From a virus (lineage: Duplodnaviria; Heunggongvirae; Uroviricota; Caudoviricetes): a stretch of DNA of 30,648 bases. Shown in pieces: positions 17,665-25,690 of this stretch (the first letter of the stretch is position 1; each line of letters starts with the position of its first letter). The stretch is taken from IMG/VR virus record IMGVR_UViG_2608642106_000003; one strand, written 5' to 3'. The notes beneath the pieces were generated by a model, which was given only the letters and a program-made list of their open reading frames with translations, ran no database searches and was not told the DNA's origin. A program made the translations under genes and the position numbers.

Positions 17665-18058
17665 AGCAGTGCCTTATGTCCGCAATAACCCGGACAAACT
17701 GCATCTGTTTGTGGATAACGGTTCGCTGGTTGCCACGGGGGCCAGCTCCATGTCATGGGAGTACCGTTACACACTGAACGCGGTGATTGAGGATTTCAGC
17801 GGCGACCAGAATCTGCTGATGGCCCCGGTTTTGCTGTGGCTGAGGGATAACCAGCCCGATGCCATCAATAACCCGGCGTTACGGGAAAAACTATTCACCT
17901 TTGAGGTGGATATTCTGCGCAACGATGTCTGTGATATCAGCTTGAACCTGCAACTGACGGAACGTGTGCTGGTCAGCACTGACGGCAGTGTGTCGAGCGT
18001 TGAAGCTGTAGCGGAACCCGATGAACCTGAAGAAATGTGGACGGTGAAACGTGGCTGA
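17627..18058 (+). CDS. R: Tail completion protein (P2 gpR family)
   Basis: GTG 17627 after AGGAG at 17614-17618; ..P.SLR.AL......NPD.L..FVDNGS...RYTLN....DF.GD...L..PVL.WLR.NQPD; the ORF-track start at 17606 is a TTG. Confidence 0.7.
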   Translation: MNKPQSLRHALNKAVPYVRNNPDKLHLFVDNGSLVATGASSMSWEYRYTLNAVIEDFSGDQNLLMAPVLLWLRDNQPDAINNPALREKLFTFEVDILRNDVCDISLNLQLTERVLVSTDGSVSSVEAVAEPDEPEEMWTVKRG

Positions 18059-18497
18059 ACTGCAGAAAGTGGACGACTGGCTGAGTGCCTTGCTGGCGAA
18101 TCTGGAACCAGCCGCCAGAAGCCGCATGATGCGCCAGCTGGCGCAGGAACTGCGCCGGACACAGCAGCAGAATATCAGGATGCAGCGCAACCCTGACGGC
18201 AGCAGCTATGAACCGCGACGGGTAACAGCACGAAGTAAAAAAGGGCGCATCAAACGTCAGATGTTTGCAAAGCTGCGCACCACAAAATACCTGAAAACCG
18301 CCGCCAGCGCGGATTCTGCCAGCGTACAGTTTGAAGGTAAGGTGCAGCGCATTGCCCGTGTTCACCATTACGGCTTGCGCGATCGCGTCAGTAGCAAAGG
18401 ACCTGAGGTCCGTTACGCAGAACGCCGCCTTCTGGGTGTAAATGATGATGTTGAGGCAATGACCCGCGACATGATTCTGCAATGGCTGGCGGGGTGA
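18051..18497 (+). CDS. S: Tail completion protein (P2 gpS family)
   Basis: 148 aa, GTG start overlapping R stop; position as P2 S. Confidence 0.7.
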   Translation: MAELQKVDDWLSALLANLEPAARSRMMRQLAQELRRTQQQNIRMQRNPDGSSYEPRRVTARSKKGRIKRQMFAKLRTTKYLKTAASADSASVQFEGKVQRIARVHHYGLRDRVSSKGPEVRYAERRLLGVNDDVEAMTRDMILQWLAG

Positions 18498-18500
18498 TCT

Positions 18501-18520
18501 TTGTATCAGCACTGATACAA
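18501..18520. promoter_or_regulatory. Ogr-type late promoter activator site (TGT-N12-ACA) upstream of V
   Basis: TTGTATCAG-CA-CTGATACAA, perfect 9-bp inverted repeat in the S-V intergenic region; centre ~55 nt upstream of V ATG. Confidence 0.45.
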
Positions 18521-18565
18521 GTTGCAGCACTGCCGCCTTTCTTCCCCTGATGGCAACCTTTCCCT

Positions 18566-19144
18566 ATGAACGCACAATTAACCGAAATCATGCGCCTTAT
18601 CACCAACCTGATCCGCACAGGTGTAGTCACCGAAGTGGACAGGGCAAACTGGCTGTGTCGGGTGAAAACTGGCGACCTCGAAACCAACTGGATTAACTGG
18701 CTGACACTGCGCGCGGGCAAATCGCGCACCTGGTGGAAACCGTCTGTGGGTGAGCAGGTTGTGCTGTTCAGTCTTGGCGGCAATCTGGAAACCGCGTTTG
18801 CCCTGCCTGCGGTCTACTCAAACCAGTTTCCGCCACCTTCAGGCTCTGAGGACGGCAACGTGACGGAATACCCGGACGGCGGCTGGTTTGAATACGAACC
18901 CGCCACCGGGCGCTGGTATGTCAGGGGCATCAAATCAATGGTCATTGAGGCCGCTGACAACATCACCATGAAAACCAGTGAGTTTGTACTGGAGGCTGAC
19001 CGCACGCGCATTAACAGCGAAGTGGTGATCAATGGTGGCGTTACCCAGGGCGGCGGAGCGATGAGTTCTAACGGGATCGTGGTTGATGCGCATCAGCATA
19101 CTGGCGTCCTGAAAGGCGGCGATACAACCGGAGGCCCGGTATGA
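18566..19144 (+). CDS. V: Baseplate spike/assembly protein (P2 gpV family)
   Basis: 192 aa; position and size as gpV; start of V-W-J-I-H-G operon. Confidence 0.85.
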   Translation: MNAQLTEIMRLITNLIRTGVVTEVDRANWLCRVKTGDLETNWINWLTLRAGKSRTWWKPSVGEQVVLFSLGGNLETAFALPAVYSNQFPPPSGSEDGNVTEYPDGGWFEYEPATGRWYVRGIKSMVIEAADNITMKTSEFVLEADRTRINSEVVINGGVTQGGGAMSSNGIVVDAHQHTGVLKGGDTTGGPV

Positions 19145-19500
19145 CGCTTTATATCGGGATGAACAATACCAGCGGTAAAGCCATTACTGATATTGACCAT
19201 CTGCGTCAGTCGGTGCGGGACATTCTACTGACACCGCAGGGTAGCCGCATTGCCCGTCGTGAATATGGTTCCCTGCTGTCGACACTGATAGACCAGCCAC
19301 AAAATCCGGCATTACGCCTGCAGGTCATGTCGGCAGTGTATGTGGCGCTGAGTCGCTGGGAGCCACGGCTGACGCTGGATTCCATCACCATTAAAAGCAA
19401 TTTTGACGGTTCAATGGTGGTGGGGCTGACCGGGCGGCGTAATAACGGTGTGCCTGTTTCCCTTTCCGTATCAACAGGAGCAGAGAATGGCAGTGATTGA
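19141..19500 (+). CDS. W: Baseplate protein (P2 gpW family)
   Basis: 119 aa; start overlaps V stop (ATGA). Confidence 0.8.
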   Translation: MTLYIGMNNTSGKAITDIDHLRQSVRDILLTPQGSRIARREYGSLLSTLIDQPQNPALRLQVMSAVYVALSRWEPRLTLDSITIKSNFDGSMVVGLTGRRNNGVPVSLSVSTGAENGSD

Positions 19501-20395
19501 CCTTTCGCAGTTGCCTGCGCCGCAGATTGTCGATGTGCCGGACTTTGAGACGCTGCTTGCCGAACGCAAGGCCGAATTTGTTGCGCTTCATCCGAAAGAT
19601 GAGCAGGAAGCCGTGATCCGCACGCTGGAACTGGAATCTGAACCCGTCACCAAATTGCTGCAGGAGAACGCTTACCGTGAGTTGCTTCTGCGCCAGCGCA
19701 TTAACGAAGCCGCGCAGGCTGTGATGGTGGCTTACGCGATGGGCGGCGATCTTGACCAGCTCGCTGCCAACTACAACGTGAAACGCCTGACGGTGACGCC
19801 TGCTGATAATGACGCTGTGCCACCCGTTGCGGCTGTGATGGAAAGCGATGAAGCGTTACGCCTGCGTGTGCCCGCAGCCTTTGAAGGGCTTTCTGTTGCG
19901 GGGCCAACTGCCGCTTATGAATTTCATGCCCGAAGCGCCGACGGTCGGGTGGCGGATGCCAGTGCAACCAGTCCGGCACCTGCAGAGGTGGTACTGACTG
20001 TCCTGAGTCGTGAAGGCGACGGAACAGCAGAAAAAGACTTGCTGGATGTGGTGGAGAAAGCCCTGAACAGTGAGAACGTCCGCCCGGTGGCTGACCGTCT
20101 TACGGTTCGCAGCGCAGAAATCATTCCGTATCGCGTGGAAGCCACCATTTTTCTCTATCCGGGACCGGAAGCAGAGCCGGTAATGGCAGCGGCAAAAGCC
20201 AGTCTGCAGAAGTACATTGCCAGCCAGACGAGGCTTGGTCGGGATATTCGCCGTAGCGCCATCTTTGCTGCTCTGCATGTTGAGGGTGTTCAACGTGTGG
20301 AACTGGCTTCTCCGCTGGCGGATGTGGTCCTGAACAAAACACAGGCGGCATCATGTACGCAGTGGAGCGTAACCAACGGAGGAACGGATGAATAG
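19487..20395 (+). CDS. J: Baseplate wedge protein (P2 gpJ family)
   Basis: ATG 19487 after AGGAG; 302 aa; the ORF-track start at 19448 is an upstream extension. Confidence 0.85.
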   Translation: MAVIDLSQLPAPQIVDVPDFETLLAERKAEFVALHPKDEQEAVIRTLELESEPVTKLLQENAYRELLLRQRINEAAQAVMVAYAMGGDLDQLAANYNVKRLTVTPADNDAVPPVAAVMESDEALRLRVPAAFEGLSVAGPTAAYEFHARSADGRVADASATSPAPAEVVLTVLSREGDGTAEKDLLDVVEKALNSENVRPVADRLTVRSAEIIPYRVEATIFLYPGPEAEPVMAAAKASLQKYIASQTRLGRDIRRSAIFAALHVEGVQRVELASPLADVVLNKTQAASCTQWSVTNGGTDE

Positions 20396-20993
20396 TCTGC
20401 TGCCACCGGGTTCAACTTCACTGGAGCGCCGACTGGCGCAAACCTGTAGCGGGATTTCTGATTTGCAGGTGCCGCTGCGTGACTTGTGGAATCCGGCTAC
20501 CTGTCCGGTCAGTTTCCTGCCTTATCTCGCCTGGGCGTTCTCTGTGGATCGCTGGGACGAGGGCTGGACAGAAAGCGTCAAGCGCCAGGTGGTGAAGGAT
20601 GCTTTTTATATTCATCAGCATAAAGGGACCACCAGTGCCGTGCGGCGGGTGGTGGAGCCGTTCGGCTTTCTGATCCGCATTATTGAGTGGTGGCAGACCG
20701 GAGAAACACCCGGCACGTTTCGCCTGGATATCGGCGTGCAGGACCAGGGCATCACTGAAGATACCTATCTGGAACTTGAGAGGCTGATAAGCGATGCCAA
20801 ACCATGTAGCCGTCACATGATCGGCATGTCCATCAATCTGCAGACCAGCGGCCCGTATTGGTTGGGGGCAGCCAGTTATCTTGGTGAAGAAATCACGATC
20901 TTTCCGTATATCAACGAAACAATTATTTCCGGCGGCACCGCGCATGAAGGCGGGGCGGTCCATGTTATTGACACAATGAGAGTGAATCCATGA
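20388..20993 (+). CDS. I: Baseplate/tail protein (P2 gpI family)
   Basis: 201 aa; overlaps J stop and H start. Confidence 0.8.
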   Translation: MNSLLPPGSTSLERRLAQTCSGISDLQVPLRDLWNPATCPVSFLPYLAWAFSVDRWDEGWTESVKRQVVKDAFYIHQHKGTTSAVRRVVEPFGFLIRIIEWWQTGETPGTFRLDIGVQDQGITEDTYLELERLISDAKPCSRHMIGMSINLQTSGPYWLGAASYLGEEITIFPYINETIISGGTAHEGGAVHVIDTMRVNP

Positions 20994-21732
20994 GCACAAA
21001 ATTTTATACCCTGCTGACGGATATTGGCGCGGCGAAACTTGCCAGCGCCGCCGCGCTCGGTGTGCCGTTAAAAATTACCCATATGGCGGTCGGCGATGGC
21101 GGCGGAACATTACCAACGCCGGACGCAAAGCAGACAGCACTGGTAAATGAGAAACGCCGGGCTGCGCTGAATATGCTCTATATCGACCCGCAGAACAGCA
21201 GCCAGATTATTGCTGAACAGGTGATCCCTGAAAACGAGGGCGGTTGGTGGATACGTGAAGTGGGCCTGTTTGATGAGTCCGGGGCATTGATTGCCGTGGG
21301 CAACTGCCCGGAAAGCTATAAGCCGCAACTGGCTGAAGGCAGCGGGCGTACCCAGACCGTGCGTATGGTGTTGATTACCAGCAGCACGGACAATATCACC
21401 CTGAAAATCGACCCTGCCGTAGTGCTGGCAACCCGCAAGTATGTGGATGACAAAATATCAGAGCACGAACAGTCACGACGTCACCCGGACGCCTCGCTGA
21501 CCGCAAAGGGTTTTACTCAGTTAAGCAGTGCGACCAACAGTGAATCCGAAATACTGGCCGCAACACCGAAGGCTGTGAAGGCTGCATATGATCTTGCAGC
21601 AGGTAAAGCATCCGCCAGTCACACACACCCGTGGAATCAGATAACGGATGTGCCTGCAGCTTCACTGACGGTAAAAGGCACCGTGCAACTCAGCAGCGCC
21701 ACTAACAGCACGTCAGAAACGCAGGCTGCCAC
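20990..21732 (+). CDS. H: Tail fibre protein (P2 gpH family), N-terminal part, interrupted by assembly gap
   Basis: MSTKFYTLLTDIGAAKLA...MAVGDGGG...ESYKP.LAEGSGR.QT.RMV matches recalled gpH N-terminus; contains SSATNS.SE..AATPKAVKA repeats; runs into the N-run at 21733. Confidence 0.8.
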
Positions 21733-22027
21733 NNNNNNNNNNNNNNNNNNNNNNNNNNNNNNNNNNNNNNNNNNNNNNNNNNNNNNNNNNNNNNNNNNNN
21801 NNNNNNNNNNNNNNNNNNNNNNNNNNNNNNNNNNNNNNNNNNNNNNNNNNNNNNNNNNNNNNNNNNNNNNNNNNNNNNNNNNNNNNNNNNNNNNNNNNNN
21901 NNNNNNNNNNNNNNNNNNNNNNNNNNNNNNNNNNNNNNNNNNNNNNNNNNNNNNNNNNNNNNNNNNNNNNNNNNNNNNNNNNNNNNNNNNNNNNNNNNNN
22001 NNNNNNNNNNNNNNNNNNNNNNNNNNN
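21733..22027. other. Assembly gap (295 N) inside tail-fibre gene
   Basis: Run of n characters; flanks are near-identical to each other. Confidence 0.95.
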
Positions 22028-22028
22028 T

Positions 22029-22982
22029 CACACGCACCCGTGGAGCCAGATAACGGATGTGCCTGCAGCTTCACTGACGGTAAAAGGCACCGTGCAACTC
22101 AGCAGCGCCACTAACAGCACGTTAGAAACGCAGGCTGCCACACCAAAAGCCGTGAAGGCTGTATATGACCTTGCCAATGGAAAACAACCTGCCGACGCCA
22201 CACTGACCGCACTGGCAGGCCTTGCCACTGCGGCAGACAAACTTCCGTATTTTACGGGGAATGATACAGCCAGCCTGACAACCCTGACTAACGTTGGACG
22301 GAATATTCTGGATAAAGCAAGCACACAGGCGGTTATTCAATATCTTGGTCTGAGCGATGCAAGTGGATACGTTGGACGCTGGCTGAATACCCGGGTTTTC
22401 ACCTCATCAGGTACGTACACCCCGACGCCAGGAACAAAACGGATCAGGGTCACAATAACTGGCGGCGGTGGCGGTGGGGGCGGCTGCAAGGCTATATCCA
22501 ATAATGAAACGTTTTTCGGTGCTGGCGGTGGGGCCGGTGGAACAATAATTTCAATAATGACCCCGACACAGAATAGTTATCCAGTCACTATCGGCGCAGG
22601 TGGGGCCGGTGGTGTTAGTGCGACGAACGGCACCAGTGGCGGGAATAGCGTATTTGCATCGTTAATTGCTCCTGGTGGCGCAGGTGGCGGGAAAGTGGGA
22701 GTTACAAATACAAACGGCGGTAACGGAGGTGTGCCGAGTACTGGCGATATCCGCATCACTGGTGGAAATGGAGGCGACGGTCAGTCCGGAAATATCAGCG
22801 TCAGCGGTGAAGGCGGAACATCGTACTGGGGTGGCGGTGGACGCGCAGGCGCTGGCGGTGGCGTTAGCGGTAAGGCATATGGTTCAGGCGGAGGTGGTGC
22901 ATACGATGCCGGTTATAGCGGAACCAGTATGACGGGCGGGAAAGGCGCTGCAGGGATTTGTATTATCGAGGAGTTTGCATAA
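22029..22982 (+). CDS. H: Tail fibre protein (gpH family), C-terminal part with glycine-rich distal domain
   Basis: Frame from 22029 reads HTHPWSQITDVPAASLTVKGTVQLSSATNS...KQPADATLTALAGLATAADKLPYFTGND (gpH-like), then Gly-rich segment GGGGGGGGCK...AGICIIEEFA; stop 22980-22982. Confidence 0.75.
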   Translation, partial: HTHPWSQITDVPAASLTVKGTVQLSSATNSTLETQAATPKAVKAVYDLANGKQPADATLTALAGLATAADKLPYFTGNDTASLTTLTNVGRNILDKASTQAVIQYLGLSDASGYVGRWLNTRVFTSSGTYTPTPGTKRIRVTITGGGGGGGGCKAISNNETFFGAGGGAGGTIISIMTPTQNSYPVTIGAGGAGGVSATNGTSGGNSVFASLIAPGGAGGGKVGVTNTNGGNGGVPSTGDIRITGGNGGDGQSGNISVSGEGGTSYWGGGGRAGAGGGVSGKAYGSGGGGAYDAGYSGTSMTGGKGAAGICIIEEFA

Positions 22983-23395
22983 TGAATGCGTCATATGCAG
23001 TTATTGAAAATGGGATGGTTGTGAATGTCATTGTCTGGGATGGTGAGGATGAATTCACTGTGCCGGATAATCTGCAGCTCATTAATATTTCTGATATCAG
23101 TGAGCAGCCCGGAATCGGCTGGGCGTATTCAGACGGGGTATTTACTGCGCCGCTCCCTCCGGAACGTTCTCATGATGAACTGGTAGCTGACGCTGAACAG
23201 AAAAAACAGTCGCTGATAGACGCAGCAATGGTCAATATCAGCGTGATTCAGTTAAAGCTGCAGGCCGGGCGCAAACTGACGCAAGAGGAAACTACCCGAC
23301 TTAACGTTGTGCTGGATTATATCGAGGCTGTGACGGCAACAAATACCAGCACCGCACCTGATATTATTTGGCCTGTTTTCCCTGCAAGCAGATAA
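22982..23395 (+). CDS. G: Tail fibre assembly chaperone (gpG/Tfa-like)
   Basis: ATG 22982 overlapping H stop (TAATG), GAGGAG RBS; C-terminus ..TAPDIIWPVFP typical of Tfa proteins; N-terminal region divergent. Confidence 0.6.
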   Translation: MNASYAVIENGMVVNVIVWDGEDEFTVPDNLQLINISDISEQPGIGWAYSDGVFTAPLPPERSHDELVADAEQKKQSLIDAAMVNISVIQLKLQAGRKLTQEETTRLNVVLDYIEAVTATNTSTAPDIIWPVFPASR

Positions 23396-23407
23396 ATACC
23401 GTCATTT

Positions 23408-23425
23408 TGTGTGAATAACGGTACA
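23408..23425. promoter_or_regulatory. Ogr-type late promoter activator site (TGT-N12-ACA) upstream of FI
   Basis: TTTTGTGTGaataaCGGTACAA, nearly identical to the element at 12594-12611; centre ~85 nt upstream of FI ATG. Confidence 0.45.
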
Positions 23426-23501
23426 ACTGCGCTTAGCTGCTTGTCAGACACAATCACTTCAACATAGGGCGAAGCCTAATCCAATCAGGAGGTTCGCCAC
23501 T

Positions 23502-24674
23502 ATGGCTCAGGATTACCACCACGGAGTGCGCGTTGTTGAAGTCAACGAAGGCACTCGATCCATTACCACGGTGAGCACCGCCATCGTGGGCATGGTCTGC
23601 ACGGGCGATGATGCCGATGCAAAAATGTTCCCTCTTAATAAACCCGTGCTGATCACTGATGTGCTTACTGCCAGCGGTAAGGCGGGTGAATCCGGTACGC
23701 TGGCCCGTTCGCTGGATGCCATCGCTGACCAGGCAAAACCCGTGACCGTTGTTGTGCGTGTGCCGCAGGGTGAAACGGAAGAAGAAACCACGACCAATAT
23801 CATCGGCGCAGTGACTGCTGAAGGTAAAAAAACTGGTATGAAAGCCCTGTTATCTGCCCAGTCACAGCTCGGTGTTAAACCGCGCATTCTCGGCGTGCCG
23901 GGGCACGATAATAAAGCCGTTGCTACTGAGTTGCTGGGCGTGGCGCAAAGCCTGCGTGGGTTTGCTTACCTGTCAGCGTATGGCTGCAAGACGGTGCAGG
24001 AGGCGATCACTTACCGTAAAAACTTCAGTCAGCGTGAAGGGATGCTGATTTGGCCTGACTTTACTGGCTGGGACACGGTGCTGAATGCCGACGCAACGGC
24101 ATATGCCACCGCCCGTGCGCTTGGTCTGCGTGCCAAAATTGATGAGCAGACAGGGTGGCACAAAAGCCTGTCCAACGTGGGCGTGAACGGTGTCACCGGA
24201 ATTTCTGCTGATGTGTTCTGGGATCTGCAGGACCCGGCAACTGATGCGGGACTGCTTAACCAGAACGATGTTACCACACTTATCCGCAAAGACGGCTTTC
24301 GCTTCTGGGGTTCCCGCTGTCTGAGTGATGACCCACTCTTTGCCTTTGAAAACTACACACGCACGGCGCAGGTGCTGATGGACACGATGGCAGAAGCGCC
24401 AATGTGGGCGGTCGACAAACCGCTGAATCCGTCGCTGGCCCGCGACATTATCGAAGGTATCCGCGCCAAAATGCGCAGCCTGATCAGTCAGGGCTATCTC
24501 ATTGGTGGCGATTGCTGGCTGGATGAGTCGGTGAACGACAAAGACACGCTGAAAGCTGGAAAACTCACCATCGACTACGACTACACACCAGTGCCGCCAC
24601 TTGAAAACCTGATGCTGCGTCAGCGCATCACCGATCAGTACCTGGTGAATTTCGCCAGCCAGGTCAGCGCGTAA
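23502..24674 (+). CDS. FI: Contractile tail sheath protein (P2 gpFI family)
   Basis: 390 aa; AGGAGG RBS; position before tube gene. Confidence 0.9.
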   Translation: MAQDYHHGVRVVEVNEGTRSITTVSTAIVGMVCTGDDADAKMFPLNKPVLITDVLTASGKAGESGTLARSLDAIADQAKPVTVVVRVPQGETEEETTTNIIGAVTAEGKKTGMKALLSAQSQLGVKPRILGVPGHDNKAVATELLGVAQSLRGFAYLSAYGCKTVQEAITYRKNFSQREGMLIWPDFTGWDTVLNADATAYATARALGLRAKIDEQTGWHKSLSNVGVNGVTGISADVFWDLQDPATDAGLLNQNDVTTLIRKDGFRFWGSRCLSDDPLFAFENYTRTAQVLMDTMAEAPMWAVDKPLNPSLARDIIEGIRAKMRSLISQGYLIGGDCWLDESVNDKDTLKAGKLTIDYDYTPVPPLENLMLRQRITDQYLVNFASQVSA

Positions 24675-24683
24675 GGGGACAAC

Positions 24684-25199
24684 ATGGCTTTACCACGCAA
24701 ATTAAAACACCTCAACCTGTTTAACGACGGGAACAACTGGCAGGGGATCGTTGAGTCGCTGACGCTGCCGAAATTCACCCGCAAATATGAGAAGTATCGC
24801 GGCGGCGGAATGCCGGGAGCAGTGGATGTGGATCTGGGGCTTGATGACAGTGCGCTGGACACAGAATTTTCCATTGGTGGTACTGAACTGCTGCTGTTTA
24901 AGCAGATGGGCAAAGCCACGGTGGATGGCATCCAGCTGCGCTTTACCGGCTCTATCCAGCGTGACGATACCGGGGAAGTGCAGCCCGTGGAGCTTGTGGT
25001 ACGTGGACGTCACAAAGAAGTGGATTCCGGTGAGTGGAAGACGGGCGAAAGCAACACCACCAAAGTGACCAGTACCAACAGCTACGCGAAGCTGACCATC
25101 AATGGTGAGGTGCTCTATGAAGTGGACCTTATCAACATGGTGGAAATTGTGGACGGTGTGGACCTGATGGAAGCGCACCGCAACGCCCTCGGCCTCTGA
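24684..25199 (+). CDS. FII: Tail tube protein (P2 gpFII family)
   Basis: 171 aa immediately after sheath gene. Confidence 0.85.
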   Translation: MALPRKLKHLNLFNDGNNWQGIVESLTLPKFTRKYEKYRGGGMPGAVDVDLGLDDSALDTEFSIGGTELLLFKQMGKATVDGIQLRFTGSIQRDDTGEVQPVELVVRGRHKEVDSGEWKTGESNTTKVTSTNSYAKLTINGEVLYEVDLINMVEIVDGVDLMEAHRNALGL

Positions 25200-25253
25200 T
25201 GTATCTGAACGGCGCGGGATTCCGCGCCAGAACCCAATTCACAGGACAACAAA

Positions 25254-25556
25254 ATGAGCGATAAGCAGACTGAAAAGACCATTCAACTGGATACCCCTAT
25301 CAAGCGCGGTAAAACAGAAATTACCGAAATTGTGCTGCGTAAACCGCAGTCCGGTGCGCTGCGCGGTACACGCCTGCAGGCCATTATGGATATGGATGTG
25401 AACGCGATGATGACCGTGATCCCCCGCATCTCCAGCCCGGCACTGACCGCACAGGAAATTGCAGAGATGGACCCGGCAGATCTCACCGCCATGTCGGTTG
25501 AGGTTGTCACTTTTTTGTTGAAGAAGTCGGTGCTTGCCGGTTTACCGACAGCCTGA
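25254..25556 (+). CDS. E: Tail assembly chaperone gpE
   Basis: 100 aa; position between tube and tape-measure genes; slippery heptamer near 3' end. Confidence 0.8.
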   Translation: MSDKQTEKTIQLDTPIKRGKTEITEIVLRKPQSGALRGTRLQAIMDMDVNAMMTVIPRISSPALTAQEIAEMDPADLTAMSVEVVTFLLKKSVLAGLPTA

Positions 25557-25690
25557 CGGTTGACGATCTGGTGGCAGATATCGCCACCATTTTTCACTGG
25601 CCGCCATCCGTTACTGACGTTATGCCGCTGACCGAAGTGCTGGAATGGCGGTATAAAGCGATTCAGAGAAGCGGGGCCAATGATGAGTGA
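25254..25690 (+). CDS. E': Tail assembly chaperone E+E' made by -1 programmed frameshift
   Basis: TTTTTTG at 25511-25517 in X_XXY_YYZ phasing relative to E; the -1 frame from 25517 stays open to TGA 25688-25690 (..VADIATIFHWPPSVTDVMPLTEVLEWRYKAIQRSGANDE), overlapping the T start. Confidence 0.6.

Noticed and set aside
17973-18530. 185-aa minus-strand ORF across R/S
   Set aside because: Antisense to conserved tail-completion genes; no independent support.
21733-22027. N-run considered as possible biological low-complexity, repeat or CRISPR-like element
   Set aside because: It is an ambiguity run (assembly gap), not sequence; the flanks are protein-coding tail-fibre repeats, not CRISPR repeats.
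22440-22960. Glycine-rich repeats considered as a separate low-complexity repeat feature or separate gene
   Set aside because: In frame and continuous with the tail-fibre H reading frame; treated as the distal domain of H.
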